The translations under genes and the position numbers were made by a program. Shown one piece after another: positions 24,101-36,100 of a stretch of 64,000 nt of DNA. The notes beneath the pieces are model-generated. The model searched no databases. It had not been told where the DNA came from and was given only the letters and a program-made list of their open reading frames with translations. This DNA is from Macrostomum hystrix. Taxonomy: Eukaryota > Animalia > Platyhelminthes. Location of the stretch: positions 4,402,001-4,466,000 of the forward strand of contig CATNEN010000033.1 of NCBI GenBank assembly GCA_950097015.1. The letters are read 5' to 3'. Position 1 is the stretch's first letter, and each line of letters begins with the position of its first letter.

Positions 24101-27100
24101 CCTGACTTTCTTGTCGTCAGGCAGTGTGCACTATCACTGTGCCTTGGGGGTTGGCCCTCATGGGCGTAAATAATTGCACGACAAACCCCAAGCCTTCTCT
24201 CCGCGGCTGCGCCTCAAACAAAAGTGGCCTCGCCGTGGAATCGAGCTCAGGGGCCTTAGCCCGAGAGGCAAACGAATTAAACCGCTCTGCCACCGACCCT
24301 CCAAAGTCATCCAACATCCTCGAATTAAGAGGCCATTCTTCCATATTCAAGATTAAGAGACCACCCTCTTCCAGATTTGCAAATTAAGATTCCATCCTCT
24401 TCCCACATTGAGAGGCTATCCTCCAGGATCCCCAGACACACCCCAATCCGAGCTATTTAGTTTATGTTACTAGCAAGTTTTGCCCCCCTTCGGGGAGCAG
24501 AAATACTTTTAATTCGTCTAGTATATACTTTTTAGCAGCTGAATTTACAGCTTTTTAAAGCTACAATAAACCCCCAGTTGACAATGATCCCCCAGTTGAC
24601 AATGATCCCCCAGTTGACAATGATCACCCAGTTGATGATGATCCCCCAGTTGATGATGATCCCCCAGTTGAAAATGATCCTCCAGTTGACAATGATCCCC
24701 CAGTTGACAATGATCCCACAGTTGACAATGATCCCCCAGTTGACAAAGATCACCCAGTTGATGATGATCCCCCAGTTGACAATGATCCCCCAGTTGACAA
24801 TGATCCCCCAGTTGACAATGATCCCCCAGTTAACAAAGATCCCCCAGTTCACAATGATCCCCCAGTTGATGAAGTCTCCCAATTGATGATGATCCCCAGT
24901 TAACAATGTTCCTCCATTTGACAATGTTCCCCCAGTTGACAATGATCCCCCAGTTGATGATGATCACCCAGTTGACAATGATCCCCCAGTTGACAATGAT
25001 CCCCCAGTTGACAACGATCCCCCAGTTGACAATGATCCCCCAGTTGACAATGATCCCCCAGTTGACAATGATCCCCCAGTTGACAATGATCCCCCAGTCG
25101 ACAATTATCCCCCAGTTTACCATGATCCCCCAGTTCACCATGATCCCTATTTTGATGATGACTCCCCAGTTGACGTTGATTTTTCAAACGCTGGGTTAGC
25201 CAAGATTCAAACTCAGGTTTCGCCATGTTTTAAACCCTGGTGGGCTATGATTCAAACTCTCGTTTTGCCATGATTCAGACTCTGGTTGGCTTTGATTCAA
25301 ACTCTGGTTTAGCCAAGATTCAAACTCTGGTTGGCTATGATTCAAACTCTGGTTTAGCCATGATTCAAACGCTGGGTTAGCCATGATTGAAACTCGGTTT
25401 TTGCCATGATTCAAACTCTGGTTTAGCCAAGATTCAAACTCTGGTTGGCTATGATTCAAAGTCTGGTTTAGCCATGATTCAAACTCTGGTTTAGCCATGA
25501 TTCAAACTCTGGTTTAGCCATGATTCAGACTCTGGTTTAGCCATGATTCAAACTCTGGTGTAGCCAATATTCAAACTCTGGTTTAGCCATGATTCAAACT
25601 CTAGTTTAGCCATGCTGATGATGATGGTTTAGCCATGATTCAAACTCTAGTTTAGCCATGATTCAGACTCTAGTTTAGCCATGATTCAAACTCTGGTGTA
25701 GCCAATATTCAAACTCTGGTTTAGCCATGATTCAAACTCTAGTTTAGCCATGCTGATGATGATGGTTTAGCCATGATTCAAACTCTGGTTTAGCCATGAT
25801 TCAGACTCTGGTTTAGCCATGATTCAGACTCTAGTTTAGCCATGATTCAGACTCTAGTTTAGCCATGATTCAGACTCTGGTTTAGCCATGATTCAGACTC
25901 TAGTTTAGCCATGATTCAGACGCTGGTTTAGCCATGATTCAGACGCTGGTTTAGCCATGATTGAAACTCTGGTTTTGCCATGATTCAGACGCTGGTTTAG
26001 CCATGATTCAAACTCTGGTTTAGCCATGATTCAGACTCTGGTTTAGCCATGATTCAAACTCTGGTGTAGCCAATATTCAAACTCTGGTTTAGCCATGATT
26101 CAAACTCTGGTGTAGCCAATATTCAAACTCTGGTTTAGCCATGATTCAAACTCTGGTGTAGCCAATATTCAAACTCTGGTTTAGCCATGATTCAAACTCT
26201 GGTTTTGCCATGATTCAGACGCTGGTTTAGCCATGATTCAAACTCTGGTTTAGCCATGATTCAGACTCTGGTTTAGCCATGATTCAAACTCTGGTGTAGC
26301 CAATATTCAAACTCTGGTTTAGCCATGATTCAAACTCTGGTTTAGCCATGATTCAGACGCTGGTTTAGCCATGATTCAGACGCTGGTTTAGCCATGATAG
26401 AAACTCTGGTTTAGCCATGATTCAAACTCTGGTTTAGCCATGATTCAGACTCTGGTTTAGCCATGATTCAGACTCTAGTTTAGCCATGATTCAGACTCTA
26501 GTTTAGCCATGATTCAGACTCTGGTTTAGCCATGATTCAGACTCTAGTTTAGCCATGATTCAGACTCTAGTTTAGCCATGATTCAGACTCTGGTTTAGCC
26601 ATGATTCAGACTCTAGTTTAGCCATGATTCAGACTCTAGTTTAGCCATGATTCAGACTCTGGTTTAGCCATGATTCAGACTCTAGTTTAGCCATGATTCA
26701 GACTCTAGTTTAGCCATGATTCAGACTCTAGTTTAGCCATGATTCAGACTCTGGTTTAGCCATGATTCAGACTCTATTTTAGCCATGATTCAGACTCTAG
26801 TTTAGCCATGATTCAGACGCTGGTTTAGCCATGATTCAGACGCTGGTTTAGCCATGATTGAAACTCTGGTTTTGCCATGATTCAGACGCTGGTTTAGCCA
26901 TGATTCAAACTCTGGTTTAGCCATGATTCAGACTCTGGTTTAGCCATGATTCAGACTCTAGTTTAGCCATGATTCAGACTCTAGTTTAGCCATGATTCAG
27001 ACTCTGGTTTTGCCATGATTCAGACTCTAGTTTAGCCATGATTCAGACTCTAGTTTAGCCATGATTCAGACTCTGGTTTAGCCATGATTCAGACTCTAGT

Positions 27101-30100
27101 TTAGCCATGATTCAGACTCTGGTTTAGCCATGATTCAGACTCTATTTTAGCCATGATTCAGACTCTAGTTTAGCCATGATTCAGACGCTGGTTTAGCCAT
27201 GATTCAGACGCTGGTTTAGCCATGATTGAAACTCTGGTTTTGCCATGATTCAGACGCTGGTTTAGCCATGATTGAAACTCTAGTTTAGCCATGATTCAGA
27301 CTCTAGTTTAGCCATGATTCAGACTCTGGTTTAGCCATGATTCAGACTCTAGTTTAGCCATGATTCAGACTCTGGTTTAGCCATGATTCAGACTCTAGTT
27401 TAGCCATGATTGAGACTCTAGTTTAGCCATGATTCAGACTCTGGTTTAGCCATGATTCAGACTCTAGTTTAGCCATGATTCAGACTCTGGTTTAGCCATG
27501 ATTCAGACTCTAGTTTAGCCATGATTCAGACTCTAGTTTAGCCATGATTCAGACTCTGGTTTAGCCATGATTCAGACGCTGGTTTAGCCATGATTCAAAC
27601 TCTGGTGTAGCCAATATTCAAACTCTGGTTTAGCCATGATTCAAACTCTGGTTTAGCCATGAATTAGACGCTGGTTTAGCCATGATTCAGACGCTGGTTT
27701 AGCCATGATTGAAACTCTGGTTTAGCCATGATTCAAACTCTGGTTTAGCCATGATTCAGACACTGGTTTAGCCATGATTCAGACTCTAGTTTAGCCATGA
27801 TTCAGACTCTAGTTTAGCCATGATTCAGACTCTGGTTTAGCCATGATTCAGACTCTAGTTTAGCCATGATTCAGACTCTAGTTTAGCCATGATTCAGACT
27901 CTGGTTTAGCCATGATTCAGACTCTAGTTTAGCCATGATTCAGACTCTAGTTTAGCCATGATTCAGACTCTGGTTTAGCCATGATTCAGACTCTAGTTTA
28001 GCCATGATTCAGACTCTGGTTTAGCCATGATTCAGACTCTAGTTTAGCCATGATTCAGACTCTGGTTTAGCCATGATTCAGACTCTATTTTAGCCATGAT
28101 TCAGACTCTAGTTTAGCCATGATTCAGACGCTGGTTTAGCCATGATTCAGACGCTGGTTTAGCCATGATTGAAACTCTGGTTTTGCCATGATTCAGACGC
28201 TGGTTTAGCCATGATTCAAACTCTGGTTTAGCCATGATTCAGACTCTGGTTTAGCCATGATTCAGACTCTAGTTTAGCCATGATTCAGACTCTAGTTTAG
28301 CCATGATTCAGACTCTGGTTTAGCCATGATTCAGACTCTAGTTTAGCCATGATTCAGACTCTAGTTTAGCCATGATTCAGACTCTGGTTTAGCCATGATT
28401 CAGACTCTAGTTTAGCCATGATTCAGACTCTGGTTTAGCCATGATTCAGACTCTAGTTTAGCCATGATTCAGACTCTAGTTTAGCCATGATTCAGACTCT
28501 GGTTTAGCCATGATTCAGACTCTAGTTTAGCCATGATTCAGACTCTAGTTTTGCCATGATTCAGACTCTGGTTTAGCCATGATTCAGACTCTATTTTTGC
28601 AATGATTCAAACTCAGGTGTGCTATGATTTATGATATTTTATTTACGAAATGAAAAAAATAAATTAAAATAGTCTTCAATCACTACTGGCTGAAAATTTG
28701 TCTAAAATGATTTGACGCAGTGCAGAATCGAACCCTAGCCTAGCCTATAACCTATTCCTAGTGCCTACACATCGGCTATTCCGACTGTTGGTTAGTGGGT
28801 GCAAAAATCAGCCTTATAAAATGAATTCTCAAAGTTCTGGCTTTGTACAATGAAGTGAGAAAATAGAGTACACTCAGTCTCGCGGTTGGTTGTGTACATT
28901 TATTTCCAATTTGTCTCCAGAGTGCAGGCTTCAAATTCAATCAGCTAGGGGTTGTTGCGCAATTTGACGATGCAATTCTAATTCAGCGGCAGTGAGTAAA
29001 ATTCTCAATAGGCCAAGATGGTTTGACCTTTGAAAAAATCATGTTTTTCGAATATTTAATCCCCTTGGCAATGGAATTAAGCTTAATAAAAATACGTGTA
29101 TAATTGTCCCCATATTTGGCATCTTTTGGTCAAGAAATGGTGAAAATCGGTTGAGCCGTTCGGGAGAAAATCAATTACAAGCAAGCAAGCAACCAAGCAA
29201 CCAAGCAACCATTTCATTTTTAGTATAGTGGAGCAAGCAAGCAAGATTTTCATTTTTAGTATATTAGACTAGCAAGTTTTGCCCCCTTCGGGGAGCAGAA
29301 ATACTTTTAATTCGTCTAGTATATACTTTTTAGCAGCTGAATTTACAGCTTTTTAAAGCTACAATGATCCCCCAGTTGACAATGATCCCCCAGTTGACAA
29401 TGATCCCCCAGTTGACAATGATCCCCCAGTTAACAAAGATCCCCCAGTTCACAATGATCCCCCAGTTGATGAAGTCTCCCCATTGATGATGATCCCCAGT
29501 TAACAATGTTCTTCCATTTGACAATGTTCCCCCAGTTGACAATGATCCCCAGTTGATGATGATCACCCAGTTGACAATGATCCCCCAGTTGAAAATGATC
29601 CCCCAGTTGACAATGATCCCCCATTTGACAATGATCCCCCAGTTGACAATGATCCCCCAGTTAACAAAGATCCCCCAGTTCACAATGATCCCCCAGTTGA
29701 TGAAGTCTCCCCATTGATGATGATCCCCAGTTAACAATGTTCCTCCATTTGACAATGTTCCCCCAGTTAACAATGATCCCCCAGTTGATGATGATCACCC
29801 AGTTGACAATGATCCCCCAGTTGACAATGATCCCCCAGTTGACAATGATCCCCCAGTTGACAATGATCCCCCAGTTGACAATGATCCCCCAGTTAATGAT
29901 GATCCCCCAGTTGAAAATGATCCCCCAGTTGACAATGATCCCCCAGTTGAGAATGATCCCCCAGTTGACAATGATCCCCCAGTTAACAAAGATCCCCCAG
30001 TTCACAATGATCCCCCAGTTGATGAAGTCTCCCCATTGATGATGATCCCTAGTTAACAATGTTCCTCCAGTTGACAATGTTCCCCCAGTTGACAATGATC

Positions 30101-33100
30101 CCCCAGTTGATGATGATCCCCCAGTTGACAATGATCCCCCAGTTGACAATGATCCCCCAGTTGACAATGATCCCCCAGTTGACAATGATCCCGCCGGTTG
30201 ACAACGATCCCACAGTTGACAATGAACCCCCAGTTGACAATGATCCCCCAGTTGATGATGATCCCCCAGTTGACAATGATATCCCAGTTGACAATGATCC
30301 CCCAGTTGACAATGAACCCCCAGTTGACAACGATCCCCCAGTTGACAATGATCCCCCAGTTGACAATGATCCCCCAGTTGACAATGATCCCACAGTATAC
30401 AATGATCCCCCAGTTGACAAAGATCCCCAGTTCTCAATGATCCCCCAGTTGATGATGATCCCCAGTTGATGATGATTCCCCAGTTGACAATTATCCCCCA
30501 GTTGACCATTACCCCCCACTTGACAATGATCTCTCAGTTCACAATGATCCCCCAGTTGACAATGAACCCCCAGTTGACAATGAACCCCCAGTTGACAAAG
30601 ATCCCCCAGTTGACAATGATCCCCCATTTGACAATGATCCCCCAGTTGACAATGATCCCCCAGTTGACAATGATCCCCCGGTTGACATTGATCCCCCAGT
30701 CGACAATTATCCCCCAGTTTACCATGATCCCCCAGTTCACCATGATCCCCATTTTGATGATGACTCCCCAGTTGACGTTGATTTTTCAAACAGGTTAGCC
30801 AAGATTCAAACTCAGGTTTCGCCATGTTTTTAAACCCTGGTGGGCTATGATTCAAACTCTCGTTTTGCCATGATTCAGACTCTGGTTGGCTATGATTCAA
30901 ACTCTGGTTTAGCCATGATTCAGACGCTGGTTTAGCCATGATTCAGACGCTGGTTTAGCCATGATTGAAACTCTGGTTTAGCCATGATTCAAACTCTGGT
31001 TTAGCCATGATTCAGACTCTAGTTTAGCCATGATTCAGACTCTGGTTTAGCCATGATTCAGACTCTAGTTTAGCCATGATTCAGACTCTGGTTTAGCCAT
31101 GATTCAGACTCTAGGTTTAGCCATGATTCAGACTCTGGTTTAGCCATGATTCAGACTCTATTTTAGCCATGATTCAGACTATGGTTTAGCCATGATTCAG
31201 ACTCCAGTTTTGCCATGATTCAGACTCTGGTTTAGCCATGATTCAGACTCTGGTTTAGCCATGATTCAGACTATGGTTAAGCCATGATTCAGACTCTGGT
31301 TTAGCCATGATTCAGACTCTAGTTTAGCCATGATTCAGACTCTGGTTTAGCCATGATTCAGACTCTATTTTAGCCATGATTCAGACTATGGTTTAGCCAT
31401 GATTCAGACTCCAGTTTTGCCATGATTCAGACTCTGGTTTAGCCATGATTCAGACTCTGGTTAGCCATGATTCAGACTCTGGTTAAGCCATGATTCAGAC
31501 TCTGGTTTAGCCATGATTCAGACGCTGGTTAGCCATGATTCAGACTCTAGTTTAGCCATGATTCAGACTCTGGTTTAGCCATGATTCAGACTCTAGTTTA
31601 GCCATGATTCAGACTCCAGTTTTGCCATGATTCAGACTCTGGTTTAGCCATGATTCAGACTCTGGTTTAGCCATGATTCAGACTCTGGTTAAGCCATGAT
31701 TCAGACTCTGGTTTAGCCATGATTCAGACGCTGGTTTAGCCATGATTCAGACTCTAGTTTAGCCATGATTCAGACTCTGGTTTAGCCATGATTCAGACTC
31801 TGGTTTAGCCATGATTCAGACTCTAGTTTAGCCATGATTCAGACTCTAGTTTAGCCATGATTCAGACTCTGGTTTAGCCATGATTCAGACTCTATTTTAG
31901 CCATGATTCAGACTATGGTTTAGCCATGATTCAGACTCCAGTTTTGCCATGATTCAGACTCTGGTTTAGCCATGATTCAGACTCTGGTTTAGCCATGATT
32001 CAGACTATGGTTAAGCCATGATTCAGACTCTGGTTTAGCCATGATTCAGACTCTAGTTTAGCCATGATTCAGACTCTGGTTTAGCCATGATTCAGACTCT
32101 ATTTTAGCCATGATTCAGACTATGGTTTAGCCATGATTCAGACTCCAGTTTTGCCATGATTCAGACTCTGGTTTAGCCATGATTCAGACTCTGGTTTAGC
32201 CATGATTCAGACTCTGGTTAAGCCATGATTCAGACTCTGGTTTAGCCATGATTCAGACGCTGGTTTAGCCATGATTCAGACTCTAGTTTAGCCATGATTC
32301 AGACTCTGGTTTAGCCATGATTCAGACTCTAGTTTAGCCATGATTCAGACTCCAGTTTTGCCATGATTCAGACTCTGGTTTAGCCATGATTCAGACTCTG
32401 GTTTAGCCATGATTCAGACTCTGGTTAAGCCATGATTCAGACTCTGGTTTAGCCATGATTCAGACTCTGGTTTAGCCATGATTCAGACTCTAGTTTAGCC
32501 ATGATTCAGACTCTGGTTTAGCCATGATTCAGACTCTAGTTTAGCCATGATTCAGACTCTGGTTTAGCCATGATTCAGACTCTAGTTTAGCCATGATTCA
32601 GACTCTGGTTTAGCCATGATTCAGACTCTATTTTAGCCATGATTCAGACTATGGTTTAGCCATGATTCAGACTCCAGTTTTGCCATGATTCAGACTCTGG
32701 TTTAGCCATGATTCAGACTCTGGTTTAGCCATGATTCAGACTATGGTTAAGCCATGATTCAGACTCTGGTTTAGCCATGATTCAGACTCTAGTTTAGCCA
32801 TGATTCAGACTCTGGTTTAGCCATGATTCAGACTCTATTTTAGCCATGATTCAGACTATGGTTTAGCCATGATTCAGACTCCAGTTTTGCCATGATTCAG
32901 ACTCTGGTTTAGCCATGATTCAGACTCTGGTTTAGCCATGATTCAGACTCTGGTTAAGCCATGATTCAGACTCTGGTTTAGCCATGATTCAGACGCTGGT
33001 TTAGCCATGATTCAGACTCTAGTTTAGCCATGATTCAGACTCTGGTTTAGCCATGATTCAGACTCTAGTTTAGCCATGATTCAGACTCCAGTTTTGCCAT

Positions 33101-36100
33101 GATTCAGACTCTGGTTTAGCCATGATTCAGACTCTGGTTTAGCCATGATTCAGACTCTGGTTAAGCCATGATTCAGACTCTGGTTTAGCCATGATTCAGA
33201 CGCTGGTTTAGCCATGATTCAGACTCTAGTTTAGCCATGATTCAGACTCTGGTTTAGCCATGATTCAGACTCTGGTTTAGCCATGATTCAGACTCTAGTT
33301 TAGCCATGATTCAGACTCTAGTTTAGCCATGATTCAGACTCTGGTTTAGCCATGATTCAGACTCTATTTTAGCCATGATTCAGACTATGGTTTAGCCATG
33401 ATTCAGACTCCAGTTTTGCCATGATTCAGACTCTGGTTTAGCCATGATTCAGACTCTGGTTTAGCCATGATTCAGACTATGGTTAAGCCATGATTCAGAC
33501 TCTGGTTTAGCCATGATTCAGACTCTAGTTTAGCCATGATTCAGACTCTGGTTTAGCCATGATTCAGACTCTATTTTAGCCATGATTCAGACTATGGTTT
33601 AGCCATGATTCAGACTCCAGTTTTGCCATGATTCAGACTCTGGTTTAGCCATGATTCAGACTCTGGTTTAGCCATGATTCAGACTCTGGTTAAGCCATGA
33701 TTCAGACTCTGGTTTAGCCATGATTCAGACGCTGGTTTAGCCATGATTCAGACTCTAGTTTAGCCATGATTCAGACTCTGGTTTAGCCATGATTCAGACT
33801 CTAGTTTAGCCATGATTCAGACTCCAGGTTTAGCCATGATTCAGAACTCTGGTTTAGCCATGATTCAGACTCTGGTTTAGCCATGATTCAGACTCTGGTT
33901 AGCCATGATTCAGACTCTAGGTTTAGCCATGATTCAGACTCTGGTTTAGCCATGATTCAGACTCTGGTTTAGCCATGATTCAGACTCTAGGTTTAGCCAT
34001 GATTCAGACTCTAGTTTAGCCATGATTCAGACTATGGTTTAGCCATGATTCAGACTCCTAGTTTAGCCATGATTCAGACTCTGTTTAGCCATGATTCAGA
34101 CTCTGGTTTAGCCATGATTCAGACTCTAGGTTAGCCATGATTCAGACTCTGGTTTAGCCATGATTCAGACTCTGCTTTAGCCATGATTCAGACTCTGGTT
34201 TAGCCATGATTCAGACTCTGGTTAGCCATGATTCAGAACTCTGGTTTAGCCATGATTCAAACTCTGGTTTAGCCATGATTCAGACGCTGGTTTAGCCATG
34301 ATTCAGACTCTGGTTTAGCCATGATTCAGACTCTGGTTTAGCCATGATTCAGACTCTGGTTTAGCCATGATTCAGACTCTAGGTTAAGCCATGATTCAGA
34401 CTCTGGTTTAGCCATGATTCAGACTCTAGTTTTAGCCATGATTCAGACTCTAGGTTTAGCCATGATTCAGACTCTAGTTTAGCCATGATTCAGACTCTGG
34501 TTTAGCCATGATTCAGACTCTGGTTTAGCCATGATTCAGACTCTGGTTTAGCCATGATTCAGACTCTGGTTTAGCCATGATTCAGACTCTGGTTTAGCCA
34601 TGATTCAGACTCTGGTTAAGCCATGATTCAGACTCTGGTTTAGCCATGATTCAGAACTCTGGTTTAGCCATGATTCAGACGCTGGTTTAGCCATGATTCA
34701 GACTCTAGTTTAGCCATGATTCAGACTCTGGTTTAGCCATGATTCAGACTCTAGTTTAGCCATGATTCAGACTCTGGTTTAGCCATGATTCAGACTCTAT
34801 TTTAGCCATGATTCAGACTATAGGTTTAGCCATGATTCAGACTCTAGTTTAGCCATGATTCAGACTCTGGTTTAGCCATGATTCAGACTCTGGTTTAGCC
34901 ATGATTCAGACTCTGGTTAAGCCATGATTCAGACTCTAGGTTTAGCCATGATTCAGAATCTGGTTAGCCATGATTCAGACTCTGGTTTAGCCATGATTCA
35001 AACTCTGGTTAAGCCATGATTCAAACTCTGGTTTAGCCAATGATTCAAACTCTGGCTTTAGCCATGATTCAGACGCTGGTTTAGCCATGATTCAGACGCT
35101 GGTTAGCCATGATTCAAACTCTGGTTTAGCCATGATTCAAACTCTGGTTTAGCCATGATTCAGACGCTGGTTTAGCCATGATTCAGACTCTGGTTTAGCC
35201 ATGATTCAGACTCTAGGTTTAGCCATGATTCAGACTCTGGTTAGCCATGATTCAGACTCTGGTTTAGCCATGATTCAGACTCTAGTTTAGCCATGATTCA
35301 GACTCTGGTTTAGCCATGATTCAGACTCTGGTTAAGCCATGATTCAGACTCTAGTTTAGCCATGATTCAGAACTCTAGTTTAGCCATGATTCAGACTCTG
35401 GTTTAGCCATGATTCAGACTCTAGTTTAGCCATGATTCAGACTCTGGTTTAGCCATGATTCAGACTCTAGGTTAGCCATGATTCAGACTCTGGTTTAGCC
35501 ATGATTCAGACTCTATTTTAGCCATGATTCAGACTCTAGTTTAGCCATGATTCAGACGCTGGTTTAGCCATGATTCAGACGCTGGTTTAGCCATGATTGA
35601 AACTCTGGTTTAGCCATGATTCAGACGCTGGTTTAGCCATGATTCAAACTCTGGTTTAGCCATGATTCAGACTCTGGTTTAGCCATGATTCAGACTCTAG
35701 TTTAGCCATGATTCAGACTCTAGTTTAGCCATGATTCAGACTCTGGTTTAGCCATGATTCAGACTCTAGGTTTAGCCATGATTCAGACTCTAGTTTAGCC
35801 ATGATTCAGACTCTGGTTTAGCCATGATTCAGACTCTAGTTTAGCCATGATTCAGACTCTGGTTTAAGCCATGATTCAGACTCTAGGTTTAGCCATGATT
35901 CAGACTCTAGTTTAGCCATGATTCAGACTCTGGTTTAGCCATGATTCAGACTCTAGTTTAAGCCATGATTCAGACTCTAGTTTTGCCATGATTCAGACTC
36001 TGGTTTAGCCATGATTCAGACTCTATTTTTGCAATGATTCAAACTCAGGTGTGCTATGATTTATGATATTTTATTTACGAAATGAAAAAAATAAATTAAA

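Larger units (their letters stand above)
24470..29268 (-). mobile_element. Non-autonomous Helitron, copy A (4.8 kb), carrying internal minisatellites
   Basis: On the minus strand it begins 5'-TCTAATATAC at 29268 and ends with hairpin GCTCCCCGAAGGGGGGC + AAAACTTG + CTAG-3' at 24470. Lep1-like AAATCGGTTGAGCCGTT plus (CAAG)n near the TC end. The left flank of the tandem ends in A, the right begins with T; no TSD. Confidence 0.85.

Noticed and set aside
24532-30939. Many 60-296-aa ORFs (LTMIPQ, VNWGII, STGGSL, VDNDPP repeats)
   Set aside because: Translations of the 18-bp and 23-bp arrays inside an intron of the beta-catenin gene.
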